This document shows positions 30,684 to 39,764 of a stretch of 64,000 nucleotides of DNA, in pieces. Source of the stretch: Bacillota bacterium. Its GTDB lineage: Bacteria; Bacillota; Sulfobacillia; DUMF01. The position numbers and the translations under genes were made by a program. Every line of letters starts with the position of its first letter. The stretch's first letter is position 1. Under the pieces are notes generated by a model, which had not been told where the DNA came from, searched no databases, and was given only the letters and a program-made list of their open reading frames with translations. The stretch is taken from NCBI GenBank assembly GCA_049718765.1, contig JBNARI010000002.1:10052-74051 (forward strand), in the 5' to 3' direction.

Positions 30684-31601
30684 CCCCTGTCCAGAGTTTT
30701 CTCAGGCGTTACCGCTAGAGATCCAACACAACACCCGTTGCAGTCCTGCGCCTCACGCCACCAACCGTGACGGCACCTCCGGCCAGCAGCACCAGACTGC
30801 AGCCCCCATGAACGCCGCTTCGCTGAGACGCCACGGCGTGTTGCACTTGCACCACCCATCAGCCACTTGGTGTGGCAGTCCGGCACCTGCCGCCATCGCG
30901 GATTCCGGCCACCACCCGTGGGCGCTTCGCTCCCGTCAGCAACAGAGCGTGGCAGTCCAATGCATGTCGCCATGCCGCAGCACCACCGCCAGCGGCAGCA
31001 GCACCACCTGGCAGCACCGTGCCGCTCCGCCAGCCTGGACAGCAGCCACGCCTAGCAGGCAGCCGCCCACGGTGCCATCAGGACCTCGCCCCAAACGCGC
31101 CGCAGCTTCCGCAGCCAGTACACCTCCCTGACAACCTCCAACTGCCCCGATCGCTTCCGACACAAGCCGCCCTGTAGTGCCTGTCTCCCCGCCCCGGAAA
31201 ACAACCTTTGCAGCCCCGTCAATAAGCGCGAAAAATATAACGTCCGCCCCATCGGTGGCAGCCCAAAGGTCCAACGGGTTGTGGACACTCCAAGCACTGC
31301 AACCCGCATTTTCCTTCCCATCAGCCTCGTCCCGGCCGTGACCGACACAGCCTCGGCTCACAGGCCCGGTCACCCCCTTTTTTACACATAAGTGGTCCGG
31401 TTGGCATGCGGATCGTGCCTGCACGCCAAAAGCGTCGTTCGCCTCTTGCTGAGGCTAGAGCAGGGACACCATCACTGCTCCCGCAGCGTACCACCGCAGG
31501 CAGTGACTCCCCGCCCAGGTCGGCAGAACGCTCGCAAAGCAGCCCAAATGAGTCTGGTACCCGGTTCTTCCCTCAGGTAAGAGCCTGGCAAGCTGACATC
31601 G

Positions 31602-32948
31602 TTAGAACGGATCTACTTCGAACTGCTCGCTCTCAGATGCCGACCGCGCCGCAACCGTCACCTCCGCAGCCACCGACGTCCCCGTGTGCTCGAACACGCC
31701 GTGATACACAAGATGCGCCTTTGCTACGCAGCCCCGCACCGGGTCGTACTCCGCCGTAACCGCGAAGTCACCCCAGGCGTGCCGCCCATCGCTGTACCTG
31801 GCCTCCCAGGAGCACGACACTTCCTTGCACAGACACCACCCGCCTTCCCGCACACACCAGTACGGCCCTTTCTGGCTGCCCTTTTCTTCGCCCTCAATCT
31901 TGAGACCAATCAGCGGGAAACCCTGTACAGAGTGCTGGTTTATCGGGCGCTCATAAGGATCTCCCAAAAGCCTGCCTCGCAGAGGCAGCGCGCACAGCAG
32001 CGCCAGGATCCCCGCGCGGTCGGGGCTGAACTCTATCGCGTACTCCTCTGCCCGCCCAGAATACTCACCAGGCCACTGGTACCAGATTCCATCCATGTCC
32101 CGGTACTCAACGTCCCCACACTTCATCCTCAGCAGGGGCGAGCCGCAGTAAAACCCCAGTTTCTGCTCAATCGCCTCCCGCTTCAATCCCCCGTCCTTCG
32201 CACGGGTCTCCATTGTGCCGCTGACGTCGTACCACACCTTCAGAAATTTGCCGACCCGCTCCACGCTGGCCGCCGGCTTCGTGTTCTGCACCTTGAGCGC
32301 CCTCAGCACCATCGCGACCGCTTCGGCGCGCGTCAGAGCCCGGTTGCACCGCACGGTGCCGTCCCCATAGCCCTTCAAGACCCCGAGCTGCGAACACAGC
32401 GCCACTTCGTCTTGCCAGGTGTCTCTCACCGTGCCCATGTCCCGGAACGGCGCGGCCGCCGGCCCGGACACGCCCAGCGCCCGCACGGTGTATGCTGCAG
32501 CTTCGTCCCGCGTGATGAAGCCGTCCGGGTAGTACCGCGGCCCGGCCTCGCCCGCCACAAAATCGTCCGTGCGTGGTCCCGGGTCGGACACATACTCGGA
32601 AGGCCTCACCACTTTGGCCTCCAGAGCAGCGTCCAGGTACCGGGCACACCAGTGCTGCGCCACGTCGGCAAACGGCCACAGCGAGCGCCCGTACGGCTCA
32701 AAACCGAACGCCGCAACAACCATCTTCAAGAACTCCGCCCGCGTCACCTTGGCGTCCGGCCACATTTTCCCGTCCGGGTAGCCCTCTACAAACCCCAACG
32801 CCGAGGCTTCTTCTATCTCGGCCTCGCACCAGTGCCCCGCCACATCGGGAAAACGCCGCGCCCCGGCAGCCCCAGGCGCACGGCACGAGACAGAGACGAG
32901 CACCGCAACCAAAAGCAACACCGCAGACTTTTTATGCCTCAGCCCCAA
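31602..32948 (-). CDS. SLH-domain protein
   Basis: Signal peptide 'MGLRHKKSAVLLLVAVLVSVSC'. SLH motifs ('YPDGKMWPDAKVTRAEFLKMVVAAF', 'YPDGFITRDEAAAYTVRAL', 'GDGTVRCNRALTRAEAVAMVLRAL'). Confidence 0.7.
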   Translation of the reverse strand: MGLRHKKSAVLLLVAVLVSVSCRAPGAAGARRFPDVAGHWCEAEIEEASALGFVEGYPDGKMWPDAKVTRAEFLKMVVAAFGFEPYGRSLWPFADVAQHWCARYLDAALEAKVVRPSEYVSDPGPRTDDFVAGEAGPRYYPDGFITRDEAAAYTVRALGVSGPAAAPFRDMGTVRDTWQDEVALCSQLGVLKGYGDGTVRCNRALTRAEAVAMVLRALKVQNTKPAASVERVGKFLKVWYDVSGTMETRAKDGGLKREAIEQKLGFYCGSPLLRMKCGDVEYRDMDGIWYQWPGEYSGRAEEYAIEFSPDRAGILALLCALPLRGRLLGDPYERPINQHSVQGFPLIGLKIEGEEKGSQKGPYWCVREGGWCLCKEVSCSWEARYSDGRHAWGDFAVTAEYDPVRGCVAKAHLVYHGVFEHTGTSVAAEVTVAARSASESEQFEVDPF

Positions 32949-32971
32949 GGCTCCACCCTCCTTGCACCAGC

Positions 32972-33427
32972 TTATCTGATCTCCGCAACCGCAGTGGCCT
33001 CCCTTCTTACCTCCAGCCTCTGCCTGCCCACAAGCCCCGCGAAGTACGCAGGGATCTGCACTCTAGCAATGACTTCCACGGTACGCAGCCCGGGGTTGGC
33101 CTCTATGTGCTCCTCTACCAGCTGCGCCCCGGGTATCTTCTGCACGTTCGCCACAAGACACTCGTACGCTGCCTGCTCCGCAGTGGCCTTGTCCATCTCC
33201 AGGTACCTTCTGTACACGCGCCCAAATGCGTCGTGCAGCACCACCTCCCGCGCCGTCAACGCACCGGCAAGGCTTGCAGCGTCCACCGCGGTCTGCAGTT
33301 GCACACGCGCAAGCTGCTGTCTGCCTGCGTCCAGCGCAAAGCCCAAGAAAGCCACCGCCACCGGCAGCAGCACCGCAAGAAATATCACCACCTGCCCGCT
33401 CTCGGAGCGCCAGCGCGCTGAGAACAA
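32972..33427 (-). CDS. TadE/TadG-like pseudopilin
   Basis: Start reassigned to TTG at 33427 with RBS GGGAGGGGGG. The N-terminus '(M)FSARWRSESGQVVIFLAVLLPVAVAFLGFALDAG' is a classic TadE-like hydrophobic segment. The upstream 116 codons of the track ORF are rejected. Confidence 0.5.
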   Translation of the reverse strand: MFSARWRSESGQVVIFLAVLLPVAVAFLGFALDAGRQQLARVQLQTAVDAASLAGALTAREVVLHDAFGRVYRRYLEMDKATAEQAAYECLVANVQKIPGAQLVEEHIEANPGLRTVEVIARVQIPAYFAGLVGRQRLEVRREATAVAEIR

Positions 33428-33477
33428 ATGTTCATCCCCCCTCCCTAAACGGCTCTCCCGAAACCGCCGGCTAGCGG

Positions 33478-33987
33478 CTAGTAAACCCCGGCAACCCTGA
33501 GCGCGGCCCATGTCAAAGCAATAAAAACAGGCACCTCCACCACCGGATCCCCGGTCACGACCGGCCCCCGCGGATGGCGCAGCCGATCCAGCCAGGGAGG
33601 CAGTGCTTTCAAAGGCACAAATGGCTCTACTCCAGTCCTGGTCAGCGCATCCAGGAACAGGTGCGAAAGAAGGCCCAGAAGCGCACACGCCCCCACAGTC
33701 CACCAGAGCGGCCGCGCCAGCCGGGCAAAAGCTGCCCCCAAGGCGGCCAGGACCGACCCTGCCAAGCAAAACCACACGGTATGCGTAATCGTCCGGTGCC
33801 CCGCCAGAGTTTCCAAGAGCGCCGATACCGGCCTCACCCGCCGCCCGACCAAGCTCCCCGGATGGTCCACATCGGGCAGCAAGGCGGCCAGAGCACCTAC
33901 TACCATCCCCGCCACGGGCTCCCCTGCCAGCCGGCCCGCCAAAGCACCGACGAGGGCGCCCGCCGCAGCGTGTGTTCTCCCTGTCAT
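33478..33987 (-). CDS. Membrane-bound metal-dependent hydrolase (DUF457/YdjM-like)
   Basis: 169 aa, multi-TM. 'LLPDVDHPGS' and 'SHLFLDALT' His/Asp motifs are typical of DUF457. Confidence 0.45.
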   Translation of the reverse strand: MTGRTHAAAGALVGALAGRLAGEPVAGMVVGALAALLPDVDHPGSLVGRRVRPVSALLETLAGHRTITHTVWFCLAGSVLAALGAAFARLARPLWWTVGACALLGLLSHLFLDALTRTGVEPFVPLKALPPWLDRLRHPRGPVVTGDPVVEVPVFIALTWAALRVAGVY

Positions 33988-34014
33988 CCTATCCCCCCCT
34001 GCCGGATGAACGTG

Positions 34015-35874
34015 CTAGAAGTAAAACCCGTCGGACGCGTTCTGCCTGACCTTCACCCGCAGACCCGACTGCTGCCCGGAAACTCCCTTGACCTCGAGTC
34101 TGCCCGCACCCGCCGGACCGTGCCTTGCCGCGCGCTTTCTGTCCCACTCGCACAGCTCCAGCCTCACCTTCAGAGGCGGAAGGGGCTCACCGTCCCTCAC
34201 CACCCGCACCACCGCACAAAACTTCGGCAGCTCCATCAACTCGGTGTACGGGTACCTCGCCTCCCTCTTCTCGGCCTCACGGTAGCCCTCCGCATACCAC
34301 GGGAAAATGAACGTCCCCTGCCTGGTGTAGCTCTTCTGCTTCTCCACCCTCTCATACTCACCCAGCTGCGCCGCAAGGTACTTCGCCTCTTCCGCAGTCC
34401 CAGGGTTCAAAATGATCTTGTTCCGCGTGTTCTCCACCATCACCTCCCGGAACGTCCGCTTCTCATCCAGCACCACCTGCGCCGTCGTCTGCAGAGCAAG
34501 CACAGCCGCACACCTGTACGACCGCCCAATCGCCAGCAGCCTCTCAAAGTCCGCGTTCACATACCGCGGAAACTCGTCCACGTACAAAACATGCGGCGTC
34601 CGCGTCCGCTCAGTCCCCTGCCTCCGGAACACAGCCTGCTGAAAGTGCAGAATGAAAAACTGCCCGAACGCGTCGCCCAGCCTCCCAAGAGGCCCCATCG
34701 CCGTGTTCACCACCAGCACGCCACCCTGCTCCAGGTGCCTGTCCAGGTCCACGTCGCTCTTCGCACACAGCACCCGCCTCAGCATCGAGTTCCCAGTCAG
34801 GTCCTCCAGCGTCAGGCGAAGGCCCATCAAGAACTGCCGCGACTTCTCGTTCTCCAAAACCTCCACCCTGAAGTAGTCAGCTACACCCTTCTTGCTCCGC
34901 TCCGCAGGACCCGCCTCCAGCCGCTTCATATACGCCTCAAGCTTCCGGTAGTCCCGCAAAGCGTCTATCAGGTCCTGCACCGTCACGTCGTCACCCTTCA
35001 CGTACTTCAAAAGCAGCACGATGTTTCTCGCCGCAAGCTCGTAGTTCGCACGGAAAAACGCCTCCTGGCGACCGAACAAATGCACCAGCACCGTCCTCAT
35101 GATCTCAGCCGCCGTCTCGGCGTCGCCCTCAAGCGGGTTGAAAGTGGCCGTCCCAGGCCACTCCGGATTGACAAACGTGCACGGTATCTCCAGATCCCTG
35201 CACATCTCGTACACGTCCTGCGCAAGATCCCCCTTCGGCTCCACAACAGTTACCCCAAGCCTGCAGCCGCGCTTCAGAGCCTGCAGGTCCTGCCATATCA
35301 TCGGCTTCAGCACCCTGCTCGTCTTCCCCGTCCCCGTCGTCCCCGTCACAAGCGTGTGCAGGTACCGGTCGTCCCTCTTTATCACCACCGGGCCGTTCGC
35401 ATACCCGATCACCACGTCCATTTCGTCCGTCCTCTGTCTCGCAGGCCCTCTGCCGGGCCGCAAGCCCAACAGAACCAGCAGGCCCACCGCGTACGGCGCA
35501 AGCAGCGCCCCCTGCCGCACAGCAGCCGCGTCCGAAACAGTCAGGTACGGCACCCGCCCCAGAGAAGCCATCCAGCGGACCGCCAAGCCCTCGAGTACCA
35601 CCGCACACAGCGACGCCACGCAAACGTACACAGCCCCTATCCCGGCCCACAGCGGCACGTCCCCCAGCTGCCCGCTCAGCACCACCAGCGCAGCGGACGC
35701 ACAGCACGACACGCACAGCAGGGCAACACTGCGCACCCACACGCCCACAACCGCGCACGCCACGCACACTCCCAACACCACACGCAAAACTCGCCTCACA
35801 GCGCCGCCTCCTTCCTGTCCGCAGCCCGGTGCAAGATCACCTGACCGGACTGAAGCCTGTAAAGACCGCTCCAA
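34015..35874 (-). CDS. Type IV coupling protein (VirD4/TraG/TraD family)
   Basis: N-terminal TM helices. Walker A 'VTGTTGTGKTSRVL', Walker B 'VLYVDEFPRY'. 619 aa. Confidence 0.8.
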   Translation of the reverse strand: MERSLQASVRSGDLAPGCGQEGGGAVRRVLRVVLGVCVACAVVGVWVRSVALLCVSCCASAALVVLSGQLGDVPLWAGIGAVYVCVASLCAVVLEGLAVRWMASLGRVPYLTVSDAAAVRQGALLAPYAVGLLVLLGLRPGRGPARQRTDEMDVVIGYANGPVVIKRDDRYLHTLVTGTTGTGKTSRVLKPMIWQDLQALKRGCRLGVTVVEPKGDLAQDVYEMCRDLEIPCTFVNPEWPGTATFNPLEGDAETAAEIMRTVLVHLFGRQEAFFRANYELAARNIVLLLKYVKGDDVTVQDLIDALRDYRKLEAYMKRLEAGPAERSKKGVADYFRVEVLENEKSRQFLMGLRLTLEDLTGNSMLRRVLCAKSDVDLDRHLEQGGVLVVNTAMGPLGRLGDAFGQFFILHFQQAVFRRQGTERTRTPHVLYVDEFPRYVNADFERLLAIGRSYRCAAVLALQTTAQVVLDEKRTFREVMVENTRNKIILNPGTAEEAKYLAAQLGEYERVEKQKSYTRQGTFIFPWYAEGYREAEKREARYPYTELMELPKFCAVVRVVRDGEPLPPLKVRLELCEWDRKRAARHGPAGAGRLEVKGVSGQQSGLRVKVRQNASDGFYF

Positions 35875-36878
35875 CCGTGCGGCTCACACACCAGAAACCA
35901 CAGACCTTCAAGACCTGCCAGGTGGCGCGCCCACCGCCTCGCCTGGGCCTCGCTCGCCACAAACACCGTCACCGGCCTCCTCCGCACGTCGTGCCCTATC
36001 AGCCCATTCACCACCTGCAGGTCACCCAACCGCAGGTCCGCAAGCAGCATCTGGCCGCGGCGGGGGTGACTCCAGGCAAACGCTGCCAGCCACCCCGCTT
36101 CCACCCCCACCAGCCGCCCGCCAGGAGCATACGCCCACATGAGCCGCTCCGCCACGCACCCAAAACTCTCCCTGACACCCCATGCGAAAACCCCAACCTC
36201 GTCCAGGGTGATCACCTTGAGCGGAGGCACAGGCGCTTCCCTCAACAGCGCCCTCACACTCGACCGCAGCTCTTTCTCGGTGCGCAGCACAAGTGTGTGC
36301 CCGCTCGCATACTGCCCGCAGCGCCTCACCGAATCACACAGCTGCCCCCTCGTGAGCTGCTCCTTCTTCACGTACACGAAGTGCAGCCCGCCTTCATGCC
36401 TCACCCCCCACGACACTGCGCACCACCTGCTCGGCGCCCGCCCCGTCGCTCTCAGCGCCTCACGCCTCGAAAGGATGTCGCCCGGGGGGATGCCGGCGAC
36501 AACCGCCCGCACATAAAACTCGTTGTCCCCAACCGCTGCAACGTACTCGCCATCTTCCAGCCTAGCCAACCCCTCGCTCAACCCAACTGCCCGCGCCCCA
36601 CGCGCCGTCAGCACCACCACGCGCTTCCGCTTGTCCCAGGGATCGGGCTTCTGCCGGAGCAACCCTGCTTTCACAAGCGCTCCCAACACGTAGTAAGCCC
36701 TCTCCAAATCACCCCCAAACAGCAGAACAGCCACCTGACTGCAGCTCAGCGCCTTCAGGTAGCCCACCCACCTCAAGACCTCCAAATCATGCTCGCCCAC
36801 ACCTGCATCCAACCCGATCACCTCCGCAACACACGCACGCTTGCAGAGGACGGGCACCATCCCCACCAGCAGGCCCAC
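35796..36878 (-). CDS. Hypothetical winged-helix protein (relaxase-accessory or replication-relaxation-like)
   Basis: 360 aa. N-terminal 'LSCSQVAVLLFGGDLERAYYVLGALVKAGLL' is wHTH-like. First gene of the operon with the coupling protein. Confidence 0.3.
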   Translation of the reverse strand: MGLLVGMVPVLCKRACVAEVIGLDAGVGEHDLEVLRWVGYLKALSCSQVAVLLFGGDLERAYYVLGALVKAGLLRQKPDPWDKRKRVVVLTARGARAVGLSEGLARLEDGEYVAAVGDNEFYVRAVVAGIPPGDILSRREALRATGRAPSRWCAVSWGVRHEGGLHFVYVKKEQLTRGQLCDSVRRCGQYASGHTLVLRTEKELRSSVRALLREAPVPPLKVITLDEVGVFAWGVRESFGCVAERLMWAYAPGGRLVGVEAGWLAAFAWSHPRRGQMLLADLRLGDLQVVNGLIGHDVRRRPVTVFVASEAQARRWARHLAGLEGLWFLVCEPHGWSGLYRLQSGQVILHRAADRKEAAL

Positions 36879-37143
36879 CTAAACCCCAAGTCCACTGCGC
36901 CCACAAAGGCCTGCCCAGAGGCAGCCCAATTTCCAGCTCACCTTCGACTCCGCCTCCCGCATTATGCGCAATGCCTCTGCAGAAGTACCCTCTCTGGCAA
37001 TTTGTCGAGCGCCCTAAGGCCGCACAAACCGGCACTGAGCTGGGCACACACGCCAGCATGCGCCCATTTTTTGCAGAAGTATTTTTGCCGAAGGCCATTT
37101 TGCGGTCTCTAGCTGCGTAAACGGTGCGATTTTTGGGGGGTAA

Positions 37144-37848
37144 TTAGTCGAGCAATTTTTGAGGGGATAAATCGGGCTCTTCCGCATAAAAATCGTCGCC
37201 CATGCTCCCAGTTTTGGTATCGTCTGGCATCAGGGGATCAAAGCCACTCAGGCGGGCCATCTGCCTCCGCAGGGCCAGGGCCCACCGGAACAGGTGCCTG
37301 GGTTGCTCGGTGACCAGCACATCGGCTCCCGGCGTTCCGCTCAGCCTCATCTGCAGGAGCCACTTAACCTCTCCATCTGTGCGCACCACCCCTGCATCCT
37401 CCAGTGCGTCCAGAAGGGACTTCGCCCCGTAGTTGTCCAGGTCACGGCTCTTGGGCCCCAGTACGGCCACAACAACACCTGGCCTCTCCAGAGGCGCGTA
37501 CCCGAACCTCCTGCCGCCGAAGGCCTTTGCAACTGCAGTGTGCCACCAGCCTTTCATCAACCGCCAGATTTCGCGGTCCACGGAGCTGTCAAACTTCAGG
37601 TACGCATTGAGCGAAGGTGGGAGATCTCCCCGTATGCAGAGCAGTACAGCTCTCGGCGGCTGAGACCGGTACCAGGCTTGCACCCGTATGTCCACCTCCC
37701 AGTCGTCCACAGCAGGCACGCCACGCATGAGCCGCCTCATGCTCTGCGTCACTGCCAGGTAGCACTTGAGATGCATCCGCCGCATCTCTTCCAGGTCGCT
37801 CAGGCAGCTCATTTTCTCCCAAAGGCAAGCTTCCTGCCCAGGTCCCAT
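37144..37848 (-). CDS. RusA-like Holliday junction resolvase with N-terminal extension
   Basis: Start set at 'MGPGQEA' because the upstream part of the track ORF is an Arg/Trp read-through. The RusA-like core is 'VVAVLGPKSRDLDNYGAKSLLDALEDAGVVRTDGEV'. Confidence 0.45.
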   Translation of the reverse strand: MGPGQEACLWEKMSCLSDLEEMRRMHLKCYLAVTQSMRRLMRGVPAVDDWEVDIRVQAWYRSQPPRAVLLCIRGDLPPSLNAYLKFDSSVDREIWRLMKGWWHTAVAKAFGGRRFGYAPLERPGVVVAVLGPKSRDLDNYGAKSLLDALEDAGVVRTDGEVKWLLQMRLSGTPGADVLVTEQPRHLFRWALALRRQMARLSGFDPLMPDDTKTGSMGDDFYAEEPDLSPQKLLD

Positions 37849-37879
37849 CTCACCACCCCTTCCAGCACTGTCTCTCTTC

Positions 37880-38206
37880 TCATTCCCCAAGCATCCTGTC
37901 CAGTAGAGCGTCGAGCTTCGCCTCCACCTCCTTGTCCAGCTCAGGAGAGGCCCGCACCTGCGCGGCAGCGGCCGTGCCCAGCCTCTCCTCCAGCGCCGCC
38001 AGCCTCTGCTCGATCCTCTCCAGCAGCGCCAGCCTCTCTTCGATCCCACGCAGCAGCGCCCGGGTCCCGAAGTACTGCTCCACCGCAGCGCGCACGAAGG
38101 CGGCCTTGTCGCGGACCTCATCGAACTTTTGTTCGATGGCCCCGTCCAGCTTGAACGACACCCTGTACCTCTTCACCCCGCCGCTCCTCCCCTGTGGCAC
38201 AGACAA
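37880..38206 (-). CDS. ParR-like small DNA-binding protein (RHH plus coiled coil)
   Basis: 108 aa. N-terminal 'KRYRVSFKLDGAIEQKFDEV' is beta-strand/RHH-like. Lies downstream of the ParM-like gene and is flanked by TGTGGCACA repeats. Confidence 0.35.
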   Translation of the reverse strand: MSVPQGRSGGVKRYRVSFKLDGAIEQKFDEVRDKAAFVRAAVEQYFGTRALLRGIEERLALLERIEQRLAALEERLGTAAAAQVRASPELDKEVEAKLDALLDRMLGE

Positions 38207-38430
38207 ATCGGGCGCCTAGCTGGGCCAAGTCTTCAAAAACACGCATTTTGTGGCACAAGCCCCAGGGCCTGCTCTCCCCAGTGTGCCACAAGTACCACGA
38301 AGACCGCGGCATCTGCCCAGCACAGCGCCGCAAAACGGGCGCGCCACACAGTGCAGAGGGGTCTGTGCCACAACTGCACCTAAAAATGCACCATCCGCCC
38401 AGCGTGAGAGGCAAAAACTGCTGTGCCACA
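38193..38430. repeat. Centromere-like or operator repeat cluster (TGTGGCACA / TGTGCCACA)
   Basis: Copies at 38193, 38248 (TGTGGCACA) and 38282, 38364, 38422 (TGTGCCACA). These form an inverted arrangement about roughly 38270, between the parM-like and parR-like genes. Confidence 0.5.
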
Positions 38431-38443
38431 GCGCGCTGTGCGG

Positions 38444-39481
38444 CTACGCGGTGGCAGTGGCCTGCGCGGCCGCCTCCCGCCTCGCTGCGAGGTTCAGGAA
38501 CCCTCTGGCGTTCGCGAACTGCGCGTCCGGCAAAAGCTGCACCGGGAACTGCCGCCTGCTGAGAGCCCCCTCCAAGACCTTCGCTCCTCCTCCTGCCAGA
38601 AACAGCACCCTCAGGTACTTGCCCCTGTCCTTCCACGTCATCCTGAGCCTCTCAGCGACTGCCTCTGCCAGCACCTCGGCGCTCTCTTCGCAGAGCTCAC
38701 CGAGCCTATATTCCCTGCCGCGGAACCACAGCTTCCCGCGCTCCATCGCCTGCTCCACCTGCAGCACGTCCACCACGTCACCCACGATCTCCTGGACCCT
38801 GTGCTGCACCGCACTGACCACGTCGCTCATCGCCATGTTCACCGTGCCGCACCCCGACTCGATTATGTCGAGGCTGCCCAAGTCCACGAGCAGGAAGTCC
38901 GTGGTCTTGTACCCGCAGTCCACCACCGCCGCAAGTCCTCCCTCCCGCAGCAGGGACTGGCCCAGGTCGCTTGCACGCCCCCGCTCGTCGAGCACTGCGC
39001 TGTAGAACGCGCCCACAGCCTGCGGCACCACCGTCACCCTGTCGAAATACACCTTCCGCCTTCCTGCGCCGCACACCTCCACGTCCGCCCTCATGGTGCT
39101 GAGCATCTGCAACAGCTCGCCCTTCTGGGTCTTGTACAGCTCGAACGGCAGCCCAGCGGCCACGTGCAGGGCACCCGGCCGGTCGTGTGCGAGCAGGACC
39201 GTAGCAGCCCCGTAAAGCACAGCGGTGAAGTGGTGACAGACCCTGCTCTCGTCGAACGCCCTGGTGGCGTTCCAGGACTCCGCCACCGCCAGCTTCCCCA
39301 CGAAGTACCTCCTGCCGTCCACCACGACCTCGTACTCCCTACGTCCCTGGCTTATGCCGAACGTATCAACAACCCGGTGCTCATACCCGTCACCTACCAC
39401 GGAGGGCATGAGCAATGTCCTTCCGGTGTCGCTCAGTCCCTTAACGTAACCGTGCCCCAGGTCAATCGCTATCCTCACCAC
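38444..39481 (-). CDS. ParM/StbA-like actin-family plasmid segregation ATPase
   Basis: N-terminal phosphate-1 motif 'IAIDLGHGYVKG', adenosine motif 'LAAVVDCGYKTTDF', C-terminal 'VLFLAGGGAK'. 345 aa. Confidence 0.6.
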   Translation of the reverse strand: MVRIAIDLGHGYVKGLSDTGRTLLMPSVVGDGYEHRVVDTFGISQGRREYEVVVDGRRYFVGKLAVAESWNATRAFDESRVCHHFTAVLYGAATVLLAHDRPGALHVAAGLPFELYKTQKGELLQMLSTMRADVEVCGAGRRKVYFDRVTVVPQAVGAFYSAVLDERGRASDLGQSLLREGGLAAVVDCGYKTTDFLLVDLGSLDIIESGCGTVNMAMSDVVSAVQHRVQEIVGDVVDVLQVEQAMERGKLWFRGREYRLGELCEESAEVLAEAVAERLRMTWKDRGKYLRVLFLAGGGAKVLEGALSRRQFPVQLLPDAQFANARGFLNLAARREAAAQATATA

Positions 39482-39764
39482 TCAGCAATCCCTCCTTCAA
39501 TTCAAGCACCGAACATGCACCTCTGACCGCAAGCACCCTGTTCGGAGGAACACTCCGAAACACCTTCACAACCTCACCTTTTCCGTCGAAGAACACCACG
39601 TCCAGCGGAGCCGGCATGAAGAAAGTGTGCACCGCGCCGCAGTGCGGGAAGTACATCCCGCACAGGTCACTTCTCCAGATGAGCCCCGTCAGCCGCTGCC
39701 AGAAGGTCCGTGCCACCGGAACCCCCAGCTTTTGGCTGAAGAGCCGCACTTCTGCTTCTTCCAC
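39462..39764 (-). CDS. DUF192 domain protein
   Basis: 'MYFPHCGAVHTFFMPAPLDVVFFDGKGEVV' matches the DUF192 (COG1430) core. Confidence 0.55.
   Translation of the reverse strand: MEEAEVRLFSQKLGVPVARTFWQRLTGLIWRSDLCGMYFPHCGAVHTFFMPAPLDVVFFDGKGEVVKVFRSVPPNRVLAVRGACSVLELKEGLLSGEDSD

Noticed and set aside
32972-33775. The 267-aa form of the TadE-like ORF
   Set aside because: The N-terminal 116 codons are Gly/Ala/Cys-rich with no pilin-like features. A TTG at 33427 with a poly-G RBS gives the canonical TadE hydrophobic N-terminus.
33574-35844. The 756-aa plus-strand ORF, and similar long plus-strand ORFs (13312-14610, 25431-26990, 29472-30770, 31686-33500, 45150-46376, 47874-49103, 23422-24816)
   Set aside because: These are antisense to well-supported minus-strand genes (T4CP, meaB, Fn3 protein, SLH proteins, ParB-like, CpaF). 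Their composition is Arg/Pro/His-rich and low-complexity, typical of high-GC antisense artefacts.
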